From the NCBI GenBank assembly GCA_010093705.1, contig MU006090.1, forward strand, positions 1,081,817-1,145,816: a DNA stretch of 64,000 nucleotides, written 5' to 3'. Source of the DNA: Patellaria atrata CBS 101060. Lineage: Eukaryota. The notes beneath the pieces were generated by a model. The model worked only from the letters and a program-made list of their open reading frames with translations, had not been told where the DNA came from and did not search any database. This document shows positions 12,289 through 24,467 of the stretch, piece after piece. A program made the position numbers and the translations under genes. Positions within the stretch are counted from its first letter, which is position 1, and each line of letters starts with the position of its first letter.

Positions 12289-13737
12289 TCACCGTCTCGC
12301 ACCGACCATACCAACGTTATGGCTCATCGCAAGAGGCGTACTAGCGGAGTACTCGAGCTACAAAGGGTCAGAATCCGCACTCTATTATGGATATCATATC
12401 CCCTTACACCAATCCCACGAGTAGCCCTGCAGGAAGTAGAGCTTCATATATAGCTCTTCACTAGCCAGCAAGTTTGCTCATCGTGACAGAGGCGTAGTCC
12501 AGGTATATGGTCGAACTATGACAAAATCAAGGTACACGTACTCTCGGCTTCTTGTTCTTTTTTCTTCGATCGTCTTCACCACCAGATGTATCTGCGGTAT
12601 CGTCATCCACAAATCCCTCTCCATACCCAGTAAAACTACTATCGAGATATCGTCGCTTAGTTCCCGAACGCTCTGGTCGTGCGGCTTTGATCGTTGGTGA
12701 TGGTGCCCCAACGGGACGGTTTCCTGCGCTGGCTTGTTGCTGCACTTGAGGTTTTGTGGGTTTGCTCGGCGCATCGTCGGTCCCAACAATACTACGCCAT
12801 GTCTGACTGATGCTTGGTGGTAATTTCCCGGGAGCCATTTTCACGGCGCTGTCAAGTTTGGAGAGTATACTTGCGGGAAGACCCTCTGCAACATTCCTTC
12901 CATCCACCTTTTGCACTTGCCACTCTTCAGCTGGAAAAGACATCATCCCAGTGAAAACTCCAGGAGTTTTAGTATGTTTGTTTTTGCCAGCGAGACCCAT
13001 AGTCTTAATTTGACCTTCGTAGGATTTCCTAAGTTTATTAATCTTCTCACCCGTGACCGGGTCTTTTCGGAGATATTTCGATGCTATTGGTTGTAAACCG
13101 TAGAGTTGTATCATGTCCTGGGTACCATGTGGCCGAGACAACGGTATAGCTAACAAGGCAATCTACGTTAACAAAGCAAGAGGCAAGGAATGAGATCAAA
13201 CGCAGGGTCCTTACGGTTTTCATTCAGTTTGTAGAGTGGACTCAAGCCGGTAGTCAACCGCTCTATAGCGCCAACTTTCCGTAAAAAGTCTGAATCTTGC
13301 CGTTCGTGATCTGTACGTCTGTGTTCTTCCATGCCTGTCATGGCAATGTCATGGATCTGTAGTTGAGAATCGCCATTATGATCATCTATCATTGGCGCAT
13401 CTCCATCGCTATCTTTATTCATGCTCGATAATCCGCCGGTAGTGCTGCTGGCGGGAGTAGGTAGTGTGTTAGTTGTTGTTATCATAGGGTGTTGAGGAGT
13501 TTGTGAAGATAGGACCGCGGAAGAGGGAGGAGTATAATCGGACCGCTGAGTGGCCGTATTCGATGATTGTGACGCATTTGAATGATTTATCGAAGACATA
13601 TACGGCGGAGAGGTAGGTGTGTTTGGTTGAACGATCGTCTTTGTGTCGTCGTTCTGCTTAGCAAGATGGTACGGCGGAGAAGCTGGACTAAAGGATCCCG
13701 ACAGTCGTTGACGCTTACTTGAAGGACTGGCGGACAT
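12289..13737 (-). CDS. MED19: Mediator subunit Med19 (Rox3 family), 3 exons: 13737-13215, 13149-12542, 12357-12289
   Basis: RPHGTQDMIQLYGL...DPVTGEKINKLRKSYEGQIK...LAGKNK; lysine-rich tail. Last exon follows a CTGAC...TAG acceptor and encodes LEYSASTPLAMSHNVGMVGARR*. Confidence 0.88.
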
Positions 13738-14202
13738 GTGAGCGGTGATTGTATTCTTTGATAGGCTCCTGCGGCGCCGTTATGGCGTGTGTCAAAGAAC
13801 AATGCGAACGAACACCATGCGCTCCAGAAGTCGCTGACGATCAATACGAGGATCCGGTTCGGCCCCGCCGTAAAAGCTAACAGCAACTCAATAAACGACC
13901 CAGTACATCAGTGGGTGATTGATCTCCCAGTTTATATCGTAATATAACAATCGGCAACGAGGGTGGGGTGTTGGTTGAGTCGGTGGAGGTGGGTGTTCGG
14001 TCAAAGGGTATCCTGATGAGGTTGACAGTTGAGATCAGGGCGACACGGTGAGAGGCCCGCCAAGATTTGGGCACAAGTAAAGGCACGTGATTAGCTAGCG
14101 CATGGTATTTCCAAATAAGGTTAGTGCAGGTATGAAACTGCAGTTTACAACTTCAGACAACAACCTGACAAACAAATCTATTTGCTGTCTCTCTATACAA
14201 CC

Positions 14203-15403
14203 ATGGATGACGATGATTTTGGAGATGAAGTAGACTTTAGTACTATAGAAACAGCGGTAACCCATCAAACCCCAAATAGAACGGCTGCCACTTCTACAAC
14301 TACGTCTGCATCGACGAAACAACAGACATCCACATCCGTACCTGCTGCAACAACACCCGGTGTTCAGCAACCCAAACCGCAAGCTCTACCATCTCGATTT
14401 TCAGCAAGTTCAATTATTGTCTCTCCTCGCCAGAAAGGTAATCCTATTCTAAACAATGTCAAATCAGTTGCCTGGGAGTATGGAGACATTCCTGCCGACT
14501 ACGTTCTCGGAGCAACGACATGTGCACTTTTCCTATCTCTCAAGTATCATCGTCTACACCCATCATACATTTACTCCCGTATAAGGGACTTGCAAGGGAA
14601 GTATGATCTCCGTATAATCCTCACGATGGTAGACATCGACAATCATGAGGAATCCATCAAGGAGCTCTCAAAAACATCATTGGTCAACAACGTTACAATA
14701 ATTCTATGTTGGAGCTCTCAAGAAGCTGGCCGCTATCTGGAATTGTTCAAAACGTATGAGCACGCTTCGCCCAGTAGCATCCGAGCACACCAGTCCACTT
14801 CCTATGCCGACAAGATGGTTGAATTCATTACTGTACCACGAAGTATCAACAAGACAGATGCTTTAGGTCTCGTCTCCAATTTTGGAAGTATCCGAACTGC
14901 CATAAACGCACGACCCGAGGAAGTTGCTCTAGTTGCCGGTTGGGGTGAGAAGAAGGTGCACCGATGGTGTAATAGCGTGCGTGAACCATTCAGGGTCAAG
15001 AAAACAGCTAAACGTGGCGTATTGACTCGCGAGGGAACCCATGCAACTATATCACGCGAACCCACAAGGCCAGATCAAGCTAAGCAAGCTATGTCTGGTT
15101 CAAATGGGCTGGGGGCAGGTTCTACAGTTGCACCAGTAGAAGTGGGAAGCTGCAAATATAGAGATTGAAGCGCGAGACAGAGTTACCATAAGAATAGCGC
15201 AGGAAGACCTTGAGCGGCAGTCTATTCAAGACGATGAGGAACTCTACACTGGACCCACAGGCACAAGGGAGAAGAATTCTGCACCAGAAGGTTCCCGAGC
15301 AAAATCATCCAACAACGGACTACCATCGAAGAAGTCTAAGCCACAAGATCTCCCAAGTGAGGGTATAATGGCCGCCCTCGCAAAGTTAAGAAACGGGACA
15401 TGA
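14203..15403 (+). CDS. RAD10: ERCC1/Rad10/Swi10 nucleotide excision repair endonuclease subunit; apparent frameshift near 15140-15165
   Basis: IIVSPRQKGNPIL, DYVLGATTCALFLSLKYHRLHP, HhH region INKTDA...GWGEKK. The main frame stops at 15168; the +1 frame is open 15140-15403. Confidence 0.9.
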
Positions 15404-15465
15404 GATATGAATTTCAAACGCCTGTAGCACAAATATAAAGAATAGATCACAACGGTCATCCTTCA

Positions 15466-17124
15466 TTACCATGGCATTGCTTCGAGTATAGCTCTTGTTT
15501 GTTTCACAATCCTCAGACAAAGATGGTCACCATCATCCGGAGGCCCATGAGCGTGAAGGTTGGCCAGCGTCTCGGAGCCCCAAAGCTCCTCTCTTTTCTT
15601 ATCCATTTCTGGACTCTTATGCCACTCAGTCTGTCGATCTTCCGTCTGTTTCAGAACAGCCAAAAGTGTGGTCTTGGAATCCGGCGAACCCAAGACGTCC
15701 ATCTTGACAACCTTCTTGGCTATGATTTGCCACTCACGTGGTTCTAAGTCAACGGTGAAACGACCGCCGCACTCGGAGTTCCCCGTGTGCATATGCAAAG
15801 TCTCAGCGGATGAATCCTCTATCTGGAACACCTTCGTCGTACCAGCTCGTTCTAGAGACGCAGCTTCCTCGTCGATGGCCTGTAAGACACGACGATACCG
15901 CTCTCCAATTGTTGTCACCAGTGTACCGAGGAAGAACGTGTTCTGCATCCCCGTTGCGGGGATCTTCGGGCACTCGGTGCAATGGACCATTTCCCGCGCT
16001 GTTGCCGTTGCGGCGCGCAGCTGCGGTAGTACAAAAGGAAAAGTGAAGCTGGTGATGGAGCCTAAACTCGAAAGCGTGAGGAACATGTTAGAAAGACAGC
16101 TGCATTTCGTATCTGGCAAACCGTTGCCCAAGGAAGGGTTTGGCGGGAACATAAGATTCGGTATTGTTCCAGGAGGGGATATCATGGAGGAAATGGAGGA
16201 ATAGTCGGAGGTTGTTTCCGATACTGATCTATCATGCAAATCGTTAGCGAATGTTTCATTTACTACAAATATCAAAAGAGATAACATACCCCATCCCCTG
16301 AAAGCCATGATGCCTAGCTCCAATTCCCGCTCCATTAGGGCTATCAGTACCATTTCCCACTCCTCCTATCCCGTGACCTGGGCCTATCATCCCTGCTCCT
16401 CCCATACCTGGTCCCACCCCTCCGCCCGTGCCGGGCATTCCCCACCCTCCCATCATACTTCCCTCTACTAGTCCGTTCCCGTAGACGTCGAAGGTTCCGC
16501 CCACAAAGTCGACGAAACCGTTCATAGACAAGTCGATATCACCGTTAGGCAGGACAGGTAAGTCTTCTGGACCCTCACGACGTCTTTTACGGGGTCGTCC
16601 CATAGGCTTTTGCAGCGAGTAGACACATTTTAGGTCCTCACGGGCGCAGCGGGAGCATTGGTCTTTTTCACCGGTACACTTGAGCTTGCGGGTTCCTGCT
16701 TTCCGGTCAGGAGATTGCTCGGAGGATTTTCAAGGGACGATAGGTTGCAGCAGAAGAACAATAATATAACAGAAAGAGTAGAGAAACGCTCGAAAAGGAC
16801 AGGAACTAGGAAGTCTGATGTGTCAAATCAAGATTGGAAAGAGTTTACTTCAGGCAGCGATGACGATGTTTAGGAGGTCCGGAATAGGGGGGGTTTGCCG
16901 TAGCAGTAAGAACATGGCAACCACATAGCGAAGGCTTCTGCGATGCATACAACCAAAAGGAACGAAAACAGACGATAATAGAAACGACAGCAATTCAATT
17001 GTGTAATCAGGTGAGGCAATCGGGCTATCCGCAATCCGGCAATCGCTCTACGGGGAGAGGAGGGAAACATACGACACTCGTCACACGCTGCATGGCGCTT
17101 TTCCACCTTGGGAGCTTCGGTCAT
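15466..17124 (-). CDS. Zn(II)2Cys6 fungal transcription factor, 3 exons
   Basis: Splicing 17073 to 16695 reconstructs ACDECRTRKLKCTGEKDQCSRCAREDLKCVYS followed by basic MGRPRKRRR. Second intron at about 16290-16229. C-terminal region carries CSCL and CTEC motifs. Confidence 0.9.
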
Positions 17125-18129
17125 TTTTACTGTATTCTTTCGGTGCGTATTGGGTAGATTTCAGGTTCTCCTGTCCCTTGGGATTTCCTAACGTCAACTA
17201 CCAGTGTTATCAATGCCGTTCTATTGTTTCTTGGTGAACCTTGGGGGGGCTTACTGTTGACGAGTGTGCAAACTAATCTAAGCAGCGAATCACAAGATTA
17301 ATGATATGCCAACCGTGCGGGTCACGGAAAGAGTAATGAAGGAGGGAATAAAGGTGGGTTGAGAGGGCTGGAACACGATATTATATTCGCAAGGTTCTAT
17401 TACTCCGGGTATCAGAGAGCTGAGGGATGTTGTTAAGTTCGTTTGAGATGGAAGCAACTTTATGAACCAAAGATGGTTGTTGATGTTGGTTCTTCCATTC
17501 TAGGCATCGCTCCTATCACCTCTCGCTTTTCTTAGTAACATATTACAAGTCGTCAGATCTAGTGAGGTGAGTTCGGGTGGGTTGGTTGGTGGGGATTTTG
17601 GGGCCTTACAGGTACCAAAGTACCTGTACTTGTACTGTAGAGTACCAACACCAACTACAGTATACACCTCAGTACAAAAAGGTACCTTTTAAGGTAGCCA
17701 GCCTTACAGCTATTGTCACTTGCCTCAGCCTCAAACCAAACTCTCCGATTCCATAGTTACGCGAACACATCTGTTTATACCTAGAATCATACTGTTTCAC
17801 GACGGATTAATAAAACAACTTTTGAGCTGTTTCTTGTACGGGTTCTCTTTTTGTTCTCTTTCTTCCAGTACAGTAAAGTACCTTACCTCCACTTACAGTC
17901 CAAAGAGACTTCCCTGGTTCCCTAACACTAAGTGATGACTCGCGCCTACCCTAATGAGGATTCTACACCGCCGAAGATCTTCCAATGTGGTGGTGGCTCG
18001 ATTACCTGAGATGTCTATATTCAGCTTGCCTGTGTCACGGTTAATACTTTCGCTATTCCGTCTCTTCTCCGGCTTTGTATATAGTCCTCCAATTCTCATA
18101 TCTCCTCTCTATATCATCCATTGCTCTCA

Positions 18130-19876
18130 ATGCTCCAGGATCAATGTAACTCCGTCATGGGCATCTTTTCTTCGTTGCAAAACTGCGTTCCTGGTGTCTC
18201 ATCTGAGCATAATCTCAGATGGTATCATATCCTCACTGCATCCTTTATTGGTTACACAGCTATATGCCAGGCTCTTCGTTTTCGTCATAGAAACGCATTA
18301 CAAGCAAAATATCCTTATAAAACCCGTGCGGATTGTGCACGGATGACAGTTGATCATGCCTTTGAGATTTCATTGATGCTTTCAAGATATGAGTTCCCCT
18401 TGATGACTTTGAGAGCGACGCAATTCGCACTTTTCCGGTGGGTGTTCAATATACAAATCCTATCTTCCAGTCAGGCCTCTCGGCTGTAACAGTGACTATA
18501 CATGTACTATTTTTACTGATTGTGAGTACTGGCAGGACGTACGGTATCCCCACAATCAGCAAGTTACTTTGTCAGACTGGACAACTATCTAACAAAGCTG
18601 ATGTATCCAAGGTGAACAGAACAGTCCCGTTTCTTTTACCATTCCATCCTTTATAGTCCCTTGAAAAGCTTTACCCTCTAGAAAGAAAGTATCCACACTG
18701 ATACTCAATCTCAGCGTTATGCAGATACTGAGATAGTTGTTGCCGAGATCAAGAACTTCGGAGTAGATCATGAACGTTCTTGTGGTGCTACGGCAAGGAT
18801 GAATTACATACACAGGTGCGTGTAGGACTGTACTGAACCCCGAGAAACATGCGTTTCTTATTACCCGCTAGTGTTTATCAAAAGTCCGGCCTCATTTCGA
18901 ACGACGACATGATCTATACTATTGCCCTCTTCGCCATGGAACCCGTCAAATGGATCTATCGATATGAATGGCGTGACCTTACTACGATGGAGAAGTGTGC
19001 AATGTACGCGTTCCCGCAGCCTTCGTATTCATCTACCTATCGTTTTTCGAACATCTAACTTTATCAAGTGGTACTTTCTGGAAAAGCCAGGGAGAAGCGA
19101 TGAACATCGACTACAGTCCTCTGAAATCTGGCAAAGATAGGAGCTGGAAAGATGGTCTTCAATGGCTCAATGAGATCATGGAATGGACCGATGATTACGA
19201 GAAACGCTGCATGGTTCCCGACCCGTGGAACCACATGCTCGCGAACGAGACCACAGATCTACTCCTCTACAAGGTGTCGAAGCGAATGAAACCGTACGGT
19301 AGGAAAGTCATAAGCGCAATCATGGATGATAGACTCAGGACTGCCATGAAGTGAGTCGATTCTACCCTTATCCACCTAAGATACATTCACTGACATAGAT
19401 ACAGGTATGAAGTACCGCCAAAATCGTACTTCACGACCATAAACGCCGTTTTTGCCATCCGAAGATTCATCCTCCGCTGGCTCATGCCTCCCAGGCCATG
19501 GTTCCTACCCTATCGAACCATCTCCCCCGAACCGGATTCCAAAACCGGTCGCCTGCACCGCAAATACTACGAGTCTGAGCCCTGGTAAGTCGCATACACC
19601 CCCCTCCCTCTAAAGAAAGCAGATCACCATTGGCCCTACGAATTAACACAACTCCACAGGTACGTCCCCGCAACCTTTGGGAACCGCTACGGGCTCGGAG
19701 CTTGGATGAACTGGCTCGCCGGCCGTCCGATCCCGGAAAAGAAGTTCAGACCCGAGGGGTTTTTGATCGAGGAGATTGGACCGAGGCGTATGGAAGGGAA
19801 GGGAATGGACGAGTTCAAGGAGATGAAGGAGAGGTTGATGAGGGCGGGGAGAGGTGGGTGCCCCTTTCCGCACTGA
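18130..19876 (+). CDS. MpaB-like ER-bound oxygenase (MpaB/rubber-oxygenase-like family), multi-exon
   Basis: Spliced reading gives FALFRTYGIPTISKLL, KRYADTE, ARMNYIH, ISNDDMIYT, WIYRYEWR, GTFWK and C-terminal GGCPF. N-terminal hydrophobic segment. Start codon uncertain (18130 or 18157). Confidence 0.82.
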
Positions 19877-20585
19877 GTGGACTCGGGACAGAACTCGACG
19901 GCTTTTTGGGGGTAGGATCTATTGGTCCCGGGTATGTGTGAGTCTGGCACGTTCCAGTGGGCTTGTGTTGGGACGTCATATCCTGGGCTTGTCCCCGAGA
20001 ATGAGCATATACCCTTTTGGGAAAACGCTCGGGATGGTCGTTAGCTGTACGTACTTCGTGGACGCCATTAATGACGGGGTATACATATAACCCGTACGGC
20101 AATGCTGTACATTCGAGCAGTCAAAGTTTGTCACCCAGTACAATCAAAACACCCTGCACCAAAGATATCCGACCACCCTCATCGAATTCCTTGCTAACCG
20201 GACGCTCAAGCTCAAAGCGATGTCGCGCTTCGCTGTACAGATAAGGGGACATATACGGGAAGTGTCTGATCGTACGAAGAAATCTGTCATTGCTGGCTTG
20301 GGTCACGTACACCCAATTTCTAAGATATCTCTGAGTCCGCAGTATTGCTGCGTGGAGAAGACACGTAGGGCTTCGAATCGTATTTAGCACTCGATAATAG
20401 AGGATAGTCGATACTCCAGACACAGAAACCTGCCTAGTGGTGATTCATGCAGCACCCAGTGGTTAAGAGACGGCAACTCGGGACCGAAGAGGGGACATAT
20501 CACAGTAACCAATCTTTCATTTTCCAATATCCGTTTCCAGTATCCCACCACTGCTTTTGTTTCATCTACAGTAAACCCGCCCACG

Positions 20586-22846
20586 CTAGACATACTTCCT
20601 CTCAGCATAACTCCTAATCATGCCCTCAGCCGTAGCTTCATACTCCTTCAACACGACCCTATCCCCCTCGACAACCGTATTCGCCTGGACAAAAACCTTC
20701 CTCGGCGTCTTTTTCTTCAACACCGCCGGCCTGACCCTAGACTCGTAAAAGTCCTCCACGGTGGTAATCTCCTCGTACAGTTTCGTCGCCTCCTCGATAT
20801 CTGCCGTCGCTTTCAACACGTGCAATTTCCGCAGATAGCCCTCCACGGCCGGCCGGCCCCTTCTCAAAATCTCACTCCGCTCAAGTCTGATCGTCAAGTC
20901 GCTCAGGTCGTCCTCCTTCCACTCGAGCTCGCAAAACTCGACGCCGGCGTTCAGGAAGGTCCGTAGGATGCTGAAGCGCGCCTGCATGTGTGGCTGGCCC
21001 CACTTCCTGCTCTTCGGGTCCCAGAACTCGAGGGCAGCGATGCCGGCGCGCGCCATGGAGAGGTAAGAGGCGTAGAGGACGTCGCCGGCGGGGCCGTTGA
21101 GATCTTCGGTGCCGTCGCCGAACCCGAAGATCGCGAGGACTTCGAACTCGCAGCTTAGGGCCATGGCGACGCATTCGGCGCGGCATTCTTCGTAGGACCC
21201 GGCCATGGCGCCGAAGACGCTACCCCAGGTTTGGCCGGGCTTGTACCACGAGGTGATGGGCTGGCCGGTTAGGGGGCTGATGGGGGGATTGGAGGAATCA
21301 AAGTTGAAGTTTCCCGGGGAGGTTTCTTGGAGTAGCTTTCCGCAGCCATGACCAAGGAGCTCGTGGAGGCCGACTTGGACTTCGAATGCTGGATCGCGGT
21401 ACTCTGAGTAGACTTCAAGGTCCGTCTCTTTGATGAAAGGAATAGGTTCTTTCGGAGCTTTTGCACTGAGCACGTTACCGAGCGAGACATTTTTAAAGCC
21501 TTCGGTTTGGCGGATATCATTGTAATTGGGAATATTAATACCAGCAGGGATACTTCAGAGTAAATTAGACTTGGGTTAACAGAAGAATATTGAACGCTTA
21601 CCCACTACCAGCGAAGGCCAGTACTTCCAGGGAGGTGAAATCAGGACTGAGAAATTTGTCCTTTTCGAAGTCTTTAGACCAGGGTAATTTGGGGATCAAA
21701 CTAGTCGCTGATTCTACGAGTTTTCCAAACGCTTTCGTGCGTTCCTGGTTTACCATAGCAACGAAACCTTCCCATTCACCCCGAATACCATGGGGGTCTC
21801 GGTAGGTCTAATACGATGAGCAAATAACAAAGTCGGGATAAAGGTTAGGGCAATTCATACCTCTACGAATCCGATATCTGATTCAACCATGGGTCCTTTG
21901 TCCCTAATCCAATATCTCTGGCTCTCCTTCCACGCATTTTGGGATCCAGTTCTGAATGCTTTAACGTACTCTTCATGCATAGTCTTTTCCGTCTTATTCA
22001 GTGCATGCTCTCCAGCCTTCTCCAATGCGTCCGCAATTTTTCCCATCTCAGTTGAGTAATCACCGTACTGCATAGTCAGTGTCTTCCCCTCCAATTTACC
22101 AGGTAATTCCCATTCCGTATGTGGTATATCCGTCTCGGCGGGATTGGTCGTTTGCGAAGCAATAAGGAGTTCAAACCCATCCAGCGTCTTCCTTAACCGT
22201 GTGTTTTCTGGAAGGAGCTTCTTCGACTCTAGAAAATCGCTGACGATGGTGATCTCCTCCTTAGTGATGTCTGAAGAGTCGGGATAGTAGGTTGTCAAGT
22301 GACCGGCATCCGGGTAACCCAGATGCATCAGCCCAACTGTCTTCGTTGCAAATATCCCTACCTTAACTTTGTCATACAGTTCTTTCGTTTCTGAGCTAAG
22401 ACCGGACAACGCCTCGAGAGTCTGTTCGCTGAACCGGGGTATAAACTTCGAATCACCAAAGCTCTTATAGTTCCCTCCATTGCCCAGGAACTGCGCTGAA
22501 TAGTTGAGGAAGTATTGTAGCTCCTCGTCAGAGATTGCAGATTCTTGCTTCACCTTCTGCCAATCCCCCCCACTAAAGTTGTGCAAGGCAATTATGAAGT
22601 CATATATGGGTTCGGATTCGGGGGAGGTTTGGCGGAGGACGACGCGAGTACCAGCAAAGCAAGCTCTATCAGGAATTAGCTGAGCTGGTAAGTTACTGGA
22701 GAGCGACGCTAGGTTGTTTACATGGATATGTAGTGGGCATAAAGCTTCTGTTGCTCAGTCAAGGCTTCAAAGTGAGGTTTGATAGTGAGAGGCACGATTG
22801 TTGGGGGATTATCAGCGAGATAGTGTTTCAGGGTTTCTTCATCCAT
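20586..22846 (-). CDS. DPP3: Dipeptidyl peptidase III (metallopeptidase M49), 4 exons
   Basis: HELLGH zinc-binding motif and [18 protein letters not shown]-terminus [12 protein letters not shown]. Confidence 0.96.
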
Positions 22847-23384
22847 GATTTAAAGCTTTTGAAGGACCTAATCTCAGACCAAGGACCTATAGAGTAGAAA
22901 TGTTGTCCAAGTACAGACGTACTGTACAAGAGATAGAGGGGTACTGTACCTGGAACTATAGTAGGAACCTCAACCCCGCTCACCTCTGCAACTACCTTAA
23001 GGTAATTGATCTAAATCGACCAATCGACCTTGTACCTTAGTGATATACTTAGTATTGCTGTTCCTAGTTTGGCGGTACTCAAACAGTATCTGCGTTTGAA
23101 GATCACGGGACACTTCGTGGTAATTGGATTCTTGAATCCTCTTCAGACGCATGCTCCGCGCACTTGTACTATACACTTCATCACTGAAGCATTCCATAAG
23201 GCAATATTGCATGCCTCTAACCAAAGAAGAGCTCCGACTTGACTATATAGAGAAAGGAAAGCCCAGAAATGGAGCCAGACCAAACTTAGTCTATTACCTA
23301 TACTAAGAGTGTATGTATGCCGAACGGCCTCAGAGGAGATATACCTTAACTGCTTTGGCTGCGGAGAACATTTCTCTCCAGATC

Positions 23385-24165
23385 TCACAATACCCTAAGT
23401 GCAGAATATCTTACTGGAGGTAATCCCCTAGTAAGCCACTGTGTGCTATGTACACTCTTGGTTTTATAACATCCACCTTGAGGACCTGAATGCTCGTGAT
23501 ACTGGCATGTATTTACTTCGAAGGGTCGGAAGTCTATGACTTCTGCTTTCTTTACTCGCACCAGGGTCTTAGCGAGCTGATAATGAAACTCTTCGCCAGC
23601 TTCCGCGTCATCCAGCCATGTTTCGTCGCCGGCATGGATATAGAAATCCATGAGAAGTCGCCACATTGGAAGATGTGTCTGGAGTATTTTTGAATAGAGA
23701 CCGGACATGTGTGGTAGCCGGATAATATCTTTCGCCAGTAGTCCTTTCAATAAGGACATTATTGCATCCTTGAATTCGGAGTCTAGAATTTTCTCCCTTA
23801 AGATATATGCATTGACTAAATTTTCTTGTTCATATTCCGTCTGAACTTTGTTCATCACCTCTGCGCCTGAGAAAATGTATCCTTGGTATAGCCATTGTAA
23901 GTATGTGGAGAATGACTCTGGTGTAGCACTATTCGAGACGTAGCCTCTTTCTAATCTTTTTCTAAAGCTTTCTTGAAGAAAGATGAGCTATTGCAGATGA
24001 TAGTTTCATGAACCAAGAAAGTGGCTATTTTGGACTTTTCCCCAATCTGGACGGTGATGATTGGGGAATTGAGGCTTAAAATATTAGTGAGAATTAGAGA
24101 GCGTGACTGAAAAAAAACTATGCTAGACCTTGAGCTTGCGGTTTGCGGATCGAGGACGTTGCCAT
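23385..24165 (-). pseudogene. Degenerate BTB/POZ-domain protein gene
   Basis: BTB segments LNSPIITVQIG / FLVHETIICNSSSFFKKAL / PESFSTYLQWLY lie in different frames. In-frame TAG at 23953-23951 (D*KE); frameshifts near 24030 and 23925. The 3' half is intact (LVNAYIL...FKDAIM...CQYHEH). Confidence 0.75.
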
Positions 24166-24467
24166 GGTCATGTACGTTAGAATCACGCTACATCTGCTCC
24201 GTTCGACACGTAGAAATTGTGCCCCCATGCTCCAGGAGTTAGGTGCTGCTACGAGAGTGCTGTTAAAGGCGTGTCACAGACTATTTAGAGGTAACCTCGC
24301 CTCGTATATTGAGAAACAGTCTACAGCGAAAACACGCTCTAATAAGTTGCGCGTTACTTGTCACGCTTGTGAAAGGCATCAAGGGAAAGTAGCCGATGAT
24401 CTCCCGACCTACCAATCTCATAAATAATTTACATTAAACTCCTTCTAGATCCTTTCCACAATTTACA

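Noticed and set aside
15560..16204. 214-aa antisense ORF inside the Zn2Cys6 gene, and similar antisense ORFs in ORC6, HET-C and RRP42
   Set aside because: Explained as antisense shadows of coding sequence.
17932..18009. GTGATGA...CTGA spacing resembling a C/D box snoRNA
   Set aside because: No terminal stem, and no rRNA-complementary guide could be identified.
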